This document shows, one piece after another, positions 23,400 through 33,735 of a stretch of 33,941 nt of DNA. Under the pieces are notes generated by a model. It made no database searches. It was not told the DNA's origin and worked only from the letters and a program-made list of their open reading frames with translations. Position numbers and translations under genes: made by a program. The stretch lies in assembly GCA_013115145.1 (NCBI GenBank), contig JAAPAO010000387.1:1-33941 (forward strand). Reading direction: 5' to 3'. The stretch comes from Perkinsus chesapeaki ATCC PRA-425 (Eukaryota > Protista > Perkinsozoa). The stretch's first letter is position 1, and each line of letters begins with the position of its first letter.

Positions 23400-24250
23400 A
23401 GCTGTTATCAGGCCTTGTCCCGGGTAAGTTATTCGTGACGCTCCATGCGCCCCGCTGTCTATCAGAGCTAAACTGAACCCTTTGGTACCTTCTGACGTAT
23501 TGCAGGAGTCGACTTCCACCTATTGTGTTTGTTAAGCGCGAATTCCATTTGTTTTCCGCTCGCCCACTGTTGAGTATTTCCCACGTTATGATCGGCTGCT
23601 CTTTTCCCCAGTTCAGCTAGGCTTTGTATTATCACTGTGCTTTCCATCTCGTGTCAATGGCTAAGTGTTGGGTGCTTATAATTCGCCAATAAGGCAGCAG
23701 TACCGGCGGTAGTATACCGCTCTCCGTGTCGCACAGGCAACTGTGGCGCGGTGACGACACTTCAGGCACGGCAGATATTTCTTGGCCTTCAATAGTCCGT
23801 CTCATAGTGAAAGTCGTGACGATGGCATCGTTTATCAGTTTCCCTAGGACTCCACTAACTATGAGCCTTTCAGCAGCTACAGCAGTTCTATCCTCGGGCG
23901 GAGTTGTAACCTTCCCTTCGCCTCTATTCGATACCGAACTCCTAACAATCTACAACCCACTGGACCTATGGGGGTGAGTGAAAATCTGAAATTGATCTCC
24001 AATCGGGACTCCGAAGCGGCAGAGAATGATGTTCCTTTCACAGTGGTAGAGTGGGAATCAAGTCGCATTCCCATAGTCCAGAGTATCACTAGGAGCATAT
24101 ATCTTCTCAAATGTTTTCCAGCATCTCCAGTGTGAAGTTTTTGGGCTCTAGACAATCTTCGTGAGGCCAGATGGGTCTTCAGCGAAGACCCATAAGGACG
24201 TTTGTCCTTAGTCATCACTCCATGATCCGAGATGCTGATAGCAGGTTTAA
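23400..24250 (-). mobile_element. Heavily decayed LTR-retroelement gag-protease remnant; boundaries approximate
   Basis: Minus-strand fragments in gag-knuckle-protease order: WKTFEKIYAPSDTL, a degenerate Cys/His cluster CLKCRHRATVAC, then aspartic-protease motif LALIDSGA (23448-23471). Many stops and frameshifts. Confidence 0.5.
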
Positions 24251-24795
24251 TTCGTCCTACGTGGTGGCTGAATACTTGTACCTACTCTTTGCTGCTGCTA
24301 CCCTCTCACATGCCTGGAAGAGTAACCGATACTACCTCTCCACGACAACGTTGGCTAAAAATAGACTTTCCTTGTAGATTCGAGTACGAGTAGCAGCCTG
24401 GGTTTGTGGTTCGGGTGCCTACTGAGTGGGTCGATTGTGGAGCTGTTCACCATACTCTCGCCTGAGGTGATCGGATAGTCGTTCTACTACTGTTGGATAG
24501 ACTCTTCCATACCACCGTCAGTCTATGTTTTCAGATTGGCAATTTCTATCACACCCAGGCCTCAGTCATGCTCATAGGGAAGACCGAGCCACTGTAGGCT
24601 GTTGTTTGAAGGCGCGTGAAGTCCTGCAGTCATGCAGGTATATGCTAGTGGGGTGCTATGGTGGCATCCAGTACTTGGCTGTGCAGCTAGCCTTCACTGC
24701 AGCCGGCGATACCGATACGAAAGCCGGTCGCAAACTGGGTGTCACTCTCATTTCCGGTGAAGTGTCGGCTCTTTGCGATTGACGCTCGGAGGGGA

Positions 24796-25632
24796 ATGTT
24801 GGCAGGTCTCGCTGGGAGATATCTTTGGTCTTTACTTGATATTATCGGTGCTCACTTTCTTTGGTGGGTATGGCATGAAAGCGACAAGCTCTACTTGGCT
24901 AAGGCCTCCGGAGTGAGTGCATACACTGCCAATCTCCTGTCCACCACCTATTTGCTCGCTTTCCTTGCATACTGCAATCAGGTCCCTATTGCGAGCAGCT
25001 TTTGGATACTCGCCGAAACTGCCTCAATTGGTTTTATTTACTCAATTGTCAGAAGGCGCAATGCTCTGCTCGTCTCGGTCACGATAGCCGTGATTACCCC
25101 ACTGCTGCTCAACATCCCATTTATACTGCTATATCATCCGTTTTCTAATAATTACGGCCATCCTGAGATACCTCTGTACCTGCTTGAGGCAGCAGCGGTC
25201 ATCGCTGTCCTTCTGATGGTTCGTGGTGGACACTCAGTTAGCAGCCACCGGTGGTTGTTCTATCTCGCGGGATCCTTCGTTGCAATTAACTCTGCCATTT
25301 TCATCGCCTTTCAAGACCGAGCTGGACGCAATCTGCGATATTCCTATGGCGAACCCTTCACTAATAGTTCTTGCCACGGGGTAACCGAACTGGTTTTTTG
25401 GGGTACTGCGGAGAGAGACCGATTCCTCTGCCCAGCCAAAATAGGCTCTGATAAGCTTTACACGCTTTCCTGTCTGAAAGGTCCCTTGATGGAGGGGCGA
25501 TGGTATTGGCTCTGCGGAGTTGGAGTCTCTCAAGAGGCTTTCGTAGAAGTCTGTATCGAGGTGCTGAAGACTTCCGCATTGATATTCTTCTTGTTCGCTG
25601 CGAGTCTAGGCGGAAAGCGAAAGATAATCTAA
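24796..25632 (+). CDS. Intronless multi-pass membrane protein (about 7 hydrophobic helices), C-terminal KxKxx
   Basis: Single open frame 24739-25632 with first ATG at 24796. About six hydrophobic segments, a Cys-containing loop, a last helix, and the ending GGKRKII (dilysine ER-retrieval-like). Confidence 0.75.
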   Translation: MLAGLAGRYLWSLLDIIGAHFLWWVWHESDKLYLAKASGVSAYTANLLSTTYLLAFLAYCNQVPIASSFWILAETASIGFIYSIVRRRNALLVSVTIAVITPLLLNIPFILLYHPFSNNYGHPEIPLYLLEAAAVIAVLLMVRGGHSVSSHRWLFYLAGSFVAINSAIFIAFQDRAGRNLRYSYGEPFTNSSCHGVTELVFWGTAERDRFLCPAKIGSDKLYTLSCLKGPLMEGRWYWLCGVGVSQEAFVEVCIEVLKTSALIFFLFAASLGGKRKII

Positions 25633-26584
25633 GTTTGATACTCTCCCTTGGGGCTTCCAAAGGGCTCCCATAGAGTTTTTCTGTTTGTCGGGTTGATTTT
25701 GGTTTCGTCGTTCCAACGTCGGGAACATGCAGTCATGATCGATCATTAACTTTTCGGAAAGAAGCGAAAGCGTACATCCTCGATGTTTTGAAATATCTTG
25801 GAAGTACCGAAAACAAGGAGAGAGTCATGGTTATTAGCTCGGACTGCCTACAACTCAGTTAACGCGTACTGAGGAATCCTCAGCAATACGATAACATGTT
25901 GACTTATGCAACACATTGGGTTTGACGTAATGAACCTCGCCGGGAGGAGTGTACACGACAAAGCTCCTCTTCCACGGACCGCGATCGGAAATGTCACGGA
26001 ATCTACAGATCTAGGCGTGCTAGATCCACTACCTCCTATTCTTGGTCAGCAATTCTTACCATTTATATTGGGCAGCCCTTGCGCGCACATTTTTGTCTTA
26101 CGACCAGGTGGAGGCTGAGTAAGGTTTATAGGTTGATCTCAGTTGGCGATCATTCTGTCGGGCCGCGCCCTGATGTAGAACAAAACGCAGTTGTTGGAGA
26201 AGATGACACGTTAGGTAACTTTAGTCTGAAATCCAGTATATGTGCCACTAGTTGTACACTAGTCTCTGATTATGGCAGGGGAAGACCGTTAAGCACAACC
26301 ATAATAACCCGAAGAAATCAAAAGAGGATTCTTAAACAAAAAGGCCATCAGAAACGACCCGATGCAGGCCGAGGACCGGAATCTATGTAAAACCTCGTGA
26401 CCACGCTACTAGACAATGAACCAGGACCATAGTATGGTCACCATACCAAATACCATCTGGCAAATAACATTTGGCTGCTTTAAAGTAGTAAAGCCCACAT
26501 CACAATTTGAGCATACTATAGTGGATTGGACTCCTATCAGTATCACCTAAGAGTTATTCGACCTGACAGGGCCTTTAAGGGGGA

Positions 26585-28109
26585 TCAGAACGTAACGGGC
26601 CCGATTGTCCACAGAGGGTAAGTATTACTCCAGCTTATTGTCCAGAAGATGAACGTAACCCAAGTTATAGACGCGGCGGCTACTAGGAATGAGGCAGTCG
26701 CTCCAAGTTGAGCATGAGCAGCTACTTCACTTTTCGGGGTTGCAGTCACGCTGATTGTGCCGCTGCGGGTGAAGTCAATAATGCTACCGATGACGGGTAA
26801 GTTGACATCAAATGAAATTGAGATTACAATAGATCCGGAGGCGGACTTGCCGTCATCCGGATAACGTACATCAGCGGAAGCTGACAAGCAAACGGTGATG
26901 GACAAAGAAATCCCTGCACCTAGTTCCCATATGACAGCACATCCTGTAGCCCGGACAGACAGGTCAACTGTCCAGTCGTTGTTGTCGAAGTCTCCAGGGA
27001 CTTGTAAGGAGAACGCGAGCTCGGCAAACCGATCAGGCTTGCGAAGGTCAGGTAGGCGAATTCCCAAGCTGAAGGTGAGGAACAGATCACTGTTGACAAG
27101 AAAACGAAACTTTTTCAGATTGGTACTGTCAGCACATGATGAGGGGAAGTGAAATTCAAATACAGTCGCCAACTTTCGCGGGTAGTTGAGTCTGGCAAAG
27201 TAGGCGGTCGCGGCTGTCCCATCCTCAATAGTGAAATATGGTATAATTTCAGAGGAGCGCAGACGGCGTTGGGGCATCCAGTCAGTTGTTCCTCGAGGTA
27301 GACTTGAGTCGGATGGTATATAGCCGGATAGAAGCTGAGCACGCCAACTTGAGAAATCATCACCTACGCCTCTCTGCCCCTTGCCGCCTTCTCCCGAAAG
27401 GACCTCTGTGAGACCATTCTTGATAGCATACATCTTGTAAATACGCTCCTGAGCATCTAGGGTGGAAAGCTTGCCACTCTTTTTCTCGAAGTCGGAGAAC
27501 TTCATTTCCTGGTAAACCACATGACCATGTCTACCATTAGTGGCAATAACATCTATTGGCTTCTCATTGTGTTCATCCATATAGAGTGTTCAAGTGTCCG
27601 GTGCCAAGTTAGCCATATATATACCAGAGAAGTTTGCACCAGTGGCGTTATCCACCCCTTGGAAGCAGTCCTTAACCCACTTGCTAACCATAACACCAAC
27701 GCTTTCGGATGATCCGATGAATGCCCACCCATCTTTCTCGAGTGAAGTAGTACCAGAGAGTGTGGCCGGGGTTGTATCAGCCCGAGAAGCTGTCTGGCCA
27801 AGCAAGTGGGACTCGCCGTTCAAGATATGCTCCACGATAACAGAGTCGGCTGTCATAGTTTTGATGAAATATTGATAAGGTAGGGTTGGCGGGTTGGAGG
27901 GTTTGGCCGTGGACTTATGATAATAGCTCATGTCCTTCTCCGAATTGAATGCACTACCACCAGTGGTACCATTCGAGCTCTTCGAGGGGGGCAAGAAGTT
28001 CTTGCCAAGAACTCGTCAATGCCATTGACTCAATGGGATGGCTAGAGTAGACTGGCATGGATAATTCCTGTGATACTCAATAGAGTTGCAGTATAACAGA
28101 TGTACTTAT
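26585..28109 (-). pseudogene. Disrupted gene for a secreted, beta-rich hypothetical protein
   Basis: ORFs 27590-27994 and 26585-27580 are in the same frame, separated by one TGA (APDT*TLYMDE). Upstream, a signal-peptide-like stretch KYICYTATLLSITGIIHASLL lacks an ATG and is followed by two stops and a frameshift. Confidence 0.7.
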
Positions 28110-28422
28110 GTTGGGTTGCATCGCTTGGGTGCTTTAATGCCGGTGGTACCGCGCGCACGGTGCATGAAAATGCGCGCAGAGGGTCGAAAATATGCATAAC
28201 AAGTATTTCTAGAGTTTGGACTCGGCAACTTCGATTACTTAACTAGGGGCATTTCTAAGGTATACAGTGAAGGAATTAATCGAAAACTCGTTGTACTTAG
28301 TGAATGACCGAGTTGTCAAGAAGCGCGCGTTCTAGATGACGCGTACTGTATCAAGTCCAAGTAAATGTGAGGCGACCCAGTCAAGATGCGCTCGCTGAAG
28401 CTCTGGGACAGCTCTTTTGTCC

Positions 28423-28755
28423 CTCGGCCAAGCCGCTTGGGCAATATCGATTGGACGTTTTTCCGAAGCAGTAAGATCGCGAGGTCAGCATGTATTCGGT
28501 TTCACTGGTACTATTAGTTTCGTGCTTACTTGAAAGCTCGGAATTAATGGAATATTGTACGAATGCAAGATGCAAATGGATCGCCCGTCAGCGTCCAGCG
28601 ATATCAAAACCATACATGACACCAGAAAGTTGTTCATGGAGGGGTCAAACGGCTCACAACGGATGGAGTCCAGCCGATGCCATCGGCCCGAATCGGGCCG
28701 CCCGGTGGACCTCTGGGCATTAATATCGTTGTAGGCTACTCGATGTGTAAGATTC
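28423..28755 (+). repeat. Dispersed direct repeat, copy A (333 bp)
   Basis: Aligns with 32812-33118 from CTCGGCCAAGCCGCTTGGGCAATATC to GTTGTAGGCTACTCGATGTGTAAGATTC, with scattered substitutions and indels. Confidence 0.9.
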
Positions 28756-31562
28756 AGTCTTACGCATCCCTAATTTAGGGACGAGACTAATAGAGACGAT
28801 TACGCTACGATTACGCCATACGTGTAACAGAACTGAGTTAGGCAGAGACGGTTACGCAGACATATGAAACGTATACGACAAAACGCATGCGCTGTGTGCC
28901 GCGCCGGTGCAACTATGAATATTGTCATGCTGTTGCGGTACGGCTTCGGGCGGATTGCGGACGGAGCCACGAATCGAAGCTCCGCCTTCGTCTAACTCAA
29001 CAGTAGTTCTGCCTAATGGATGATCTTTCGTCTAGTGCTTGTAGTGATAATGTTTGACCGAGCAACAAGAACAAGTATGAACAGTTCCCAAAGCCTCATA
29101 CAAAGTATCATTATGAGACTCATAACTAATCATAAGCAACAAATCGGCCACATCACATACAGCTGATCTTGTAATCTTGGCGTTCCTACACGGAATGACT
29201 ATTACTAACATAAAGTATGATGATGATTCATTGGCATAAAGGCGCCAACATTGACTTTACAGTAAAGTCTTCACTAATCCGATCATAACTACAAAGAATA
29301 AGACATAAGCTCTATACCGTTAGCTACCAACTTCATAAAATCAAAAAAATCACTACAACTGTGGTTGTATAGAAAAAACCCCTCATAGAAAGGCTTCAAT
29401 ACAGAGGCAGGGTTTTATCTAAGACAAAGTGTCTTGGATTCACTCGACATACCAAACGCAGTCAATGGTTAAGCCCTCATGAAGAACGCAATGCATGCCT
29501 GTTGGACATTTCTTGAAAAACTGAAAAAAGGGCATGAAATTAATACACCATGGAAACTCTTACCGCACAGCCTAAACGGCAGTAACCATCGTTATCACAA
29601 TATTGGTTGGCATTTCCGTTAGGCGCGCCCGGACAATCGGAATTGTGTGAGCATGTCTGACTGCAGAAGCATACGAGAGTACTGCCTGTTACGAAGGAGC
29701 ATGCAGGATACCAGCCGGGCTGACACCTACAGCCTTCTTTGCTTAAGCAACCAACTGGCTCCGCATAAGGAACTGATTAAGAAAACAGCATCACATGGAA
29801 TCGTTGAATGTAAGCGGAGGTGCTTGTGGGTTTTGGGAACAGTTCATACCTGTGGTCGCCTGAATCACGGTGGTCATATTGGTATCTCCGGGTCTCTCGT
29901 CTGAGTTCATTCTGAAAAAAATATATTTCGAGGTCTTCAAAGAGACATACTACGTCTGCGTACGGATTTCCTCTAAACTACTGCCGAAGCTTCCTAGAAT
30001 GCTGATGATGAGAGTAATTCTCATAGTATACGAGTCATATAATATGACTGCAATGAATGTATACGAATGAGCAAGGCAGCTAGTAATAGTCAATGACTGA
30101 CTATTGCTGACAAATACTGATAGTCTATCACGGTTCCGCCGACTAAAGGGAGCCAAAATGCCTGACTGGGGTGCACAGTCCAACTTACACTGAAGGAGCC
30201 CGTATAAGAGCGTGATGCTAAGATTACCATCGTAGGCTGGACGTGATGGAGTTTTAATGACAAATATTAAAACTCCAACCCGTCTAATTCGTTATCAAAT
30301 AACTCGCCATGGATGCGGCGCGCATCATGCACGGAAACAGCGCAGGAAGGGCTTTAGCTCACCGACCGCCCATGTGACCTCAGAGATGTCACGGACTGAC
30401 ACGCACACATAATGTGTAAGACATTGTGAACTGACGATCAGTGCAGTTGCTGGTGGCGTCGTCATGTGTCCAGACTACATACAAGCTTGATAGGTCAATT
30501 ATAGACAATAGAGCCTGCAAGTGTATCAAGCATAGTGATCTTCGACCGGCGGTCCTAGAGACGGTCTGTAACGATGCTGGACAGTTCCCTGTGTGAAGCG
30601 CCGCCTGCTTGCCTGCCAGGGCGGAAAGAGGAAATTTTCAATTTCAAATTAAGAAATCCCCTCGATAATGGAGACTCGGTTAACTGTGGCGACCACTGAC
30701 CGCGCGTCTAATAGAAACCCTATCTAAGATGGACAACCCTACCTCATAACATGTTGAATAATGGTTAACGGAATGAGTACGCGAGTGTAGTGGTTGTGAA
30801 ATCCAGAGAAAACAGGAGGGGAGACAATTGACGAGAACATAGTCAACACAACACACAAGGGACATGCTAAGACTGTGTTAGATAAGGTTATAGCACACTC
30901 TTCGACAAACCAGACCAATTGCTTTCCAAAGCGGCTTATACCGGCTCATACCGAGCCGAACGAACAATCATTGCTCAACAATGCCGGGAATACGAGTACG
31001 GCGATGCTCTTGATGGTAACTTGGTACCATACCATAGTGCTGGCCGATTCGCAAGTCGCGAATCGAGTAATGTCCGCCTGCCTATCAGACTCGCATATGG
31101 TGACATTATTTCTGTACCAAGTAACTAGTAAGTGCATGGTAACCGGAGCCCGACCCGATACATGATGTAATCTACATCAGGATTATCCGGTAGGATAATA
31201 ATCGGTTTTCGGGTTCCAGGTTACTCCTGCAAACCCCGTATTCGATGGGATTTTACGAGTCACATAAGCCAGCAGAAAAAAACTAAAACTTCGAATCTTT
31301 TCTCCGGTTTCCTGGAAGCAGAAGAAGTTTGATAGATATGTTTTGCTGGTCCGGGGAATCCCCGGCAGAGTACAATGTGAAGTTTCATGGAGAGCTTCTG
31401 GATTTTGTATGTTACTGTATCTCACATTATGGGAGTCACATACTTCATATGTCAATAAGTGACTTAGTGACATAAAACCTGAGGTAGTTGAGGCTGGCCC
31501 TCCTCCTACGTGGAGTCACCGACTCCTCAGAGAGAGGTCCATGAGCGCGCGGCGTCGGGGTA

Positions 31563-32563
31563 ACCCATCTGATCCAGTATAATTACGTCCAGTGGCCAGT
31601 TGATGTTCTTATTTCACCCATTGCTCTTTCATACACTCCCACTTCGTCCATCTCACTTTGGCCAGCCGAGTGCGCCCACCGCACGCCATTGTCTTTTCAT
31701 CCACTACCACTTCATCCATTCGCATTTCGTCCACCGGATTAACAATTTTAACCCGAATTTTAACATGTCACCGCGAAGTCGCTCCGCGGTGACATGTTAG
31801 AAAATTCGCCGGAAACACACCTCGTTCACCCGGGACTTCGTTTTTAACCCCCTCTAGCCTAGAGGCTCTAGGATTCGAACCTGGGTCGATTGGCGGTTAT
31901 ACCATGATGGTATAACCACCGATGGTAGACCAATATGATGAATATGACCGATTATTTCACGGACCGGTATGTGAGAACAATCATCGAAAACCCCGTGCCA
32001 ACGGGGAAGAGTGTGAGCTCACACTTCAGCGAACCTGTAACGCTAACTTCTCTCAATATTGTGGAACCGCTTGGCACCCGTTCCCTAACTCTCTACCTGA
32101 TTGTAAATATACGTATCACTTAACTTAGAACCTGCAGCTCTGTTCTAACCAGAGCTGAGAACGTTCCGCGTCACCAAAGGACGTCTACGATGAGGTTCAC
32201 CCTACAACAGCCCGTTGCCAAAGGGCTCCAACAGCTTTTCTTAGCCGCATCTTTCTCATGTTTTAATATGTGTGAGCTTTATTACGTTGCGCGTATTGCG
32301 GTATAGCCGTGGTTGCTAAAGTTGTATCATACTATGAACTTCGTAGTATGAAGTTTCCCAAATTGGTCTACCACAGTTGAGTTGAAGCGGGACGTATACG
32401 TTGGATGAAATTGTACTGGACGAACACCTTTAAACGATTTTCTCTTCTGAAACGACAGCAAAACTGCCAAGCTGGATGAAATAATGATGGATCAACAGAG
32501 AAGAGAAAGTGACACCACTGGACCAACTGGCCACTGGACGTAATTACACTGGATCAGATGAGA
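31563..32563. mobile_element. ~1-kb non-autonomous TIR DNA transposon
   Basis: 37-bp inverted repeats with 1 mismatch (CATCTGATCCAGTATAATTACGTCCAGTGGCCAGTTG, 31566-31602 / 32524-32560). TA lies 3 nt outside each end (31561-31562, 32564-32565). Subterminal TTCRTCCA motifs on the left are mirrored as TGGAYGAA on the right. No long ORF. Confidence 0.8.
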
Positions 32564-32811
32564 TACACCCCTATCGTGTATCGACATATAAAATAGGTTT
32601 TCGTATAATATCACTCCGACTCGGAGTCTCCAAGCGATTCACTCAGCGTGTGATGCAGAGCTCTACCAAAGAGAGCTCTGAGATCGACCAGGAGCCAGAT
32701 TAGCTACTCTTGCTCAAAACTTCCTTCACAATTTAGTCCAGCCGTTTTTTGTGTTCGTCATTCCTAGCATTTCTTCGTCTTTCACCCTAGCAATCCTCCT
32801 CATACTGTGCT

Positions 32812-33118
32812 CTCGGCCAAGCCGCTTGGGCAATATCAATCGGACGTTTTTCCGAAGCAGTAACATCGTGAGGTCAGTATTTATTCGGTTTCACTGGTAC
32901 TAACTAGTTTTGTGCTTACTTGAAAACTCGGAATTATTGGAGTGTTGTACGAATACAAGACGCAATTTGATCGTCATTCGTTCTAGTCACGTCAGTTTAC
33001 AGCGATATCAAAAACCATACCTGACACCAGAAATTTGTTGCCGAAGGGGTCAAACGGCTCACAACAGATGGACCTCTGGGCATAAATATCGTTGTAGGCT
33101 ACTCGATGTGTAAGATTC
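32812..33118 (+). repeat. Dispersed direct repeat, copy B (307 bp)
   Basis: Same alignment; lacks the 42 nt present in copy A at 28668-28709. Confidence 0.9.
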
Positions 33119-33735
33119 TGAACATATAAACGACGGTGGCAGCCACCGGGTGGCTTACATGTCTTTCGAAAATGTCGGTGGTTCAGCCACCGGCACCTTC
33201 CCTCGTCGGTGACGAGAGGGCGTTGCGACCTGCGATTTGTGAGACAATGTGGGTAAAGAAGTTGTTTAAAACAACGGTCCGGCCTCACTCTTGTGGCGAC
33301 TAACTCAAAGCGTGGTTTCTCGTGAGACTTCTATCTAACTGATAGTCAGATGCATTCCTGATGCTGAACATCGGAATTCAAGCCTAAGCTACGACCTGCT
33401 TCTATCGTCTATCATATATACAAAACAAGCAAGACGATAACGTGATTAGAACTGACGGAAAACATTGTCATCAAGACAATAATACCGGGTTGGATCATTT
33501 CGACCCAGTGGACCCCAAGACACGAAATAGAAATGACAATGCTCTACATCTGACTTGGTGTGCGCACGACACTACAAGAGCTTAGATTTAAGATCCACAC
33601 AATGTGAACAGTAGTATAACCGAGCAGCATAGCCGGCGGTGAACTAGGGCCACTAGTCTAGGGATGTTAGGCGGCACAATAGCACAGAAGGGTTCTGCAA
33701 AAAATTTAATAAGATATGCTACATTGCCAGATTCT

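Noticed and set aside
27590-27592. In-frame TGA as selenocysteine, readthrough or a reassigned stop
   Set aside because: The same gene has other 5' lesions, and neighbouring genes use TGA, TAG and TAA as normal stops.
28262-28351. ATACAGT...ACTGTAT as a second mariner-type MITE
   Set aside because: Only 7-bp terminal complementarity; within chance.
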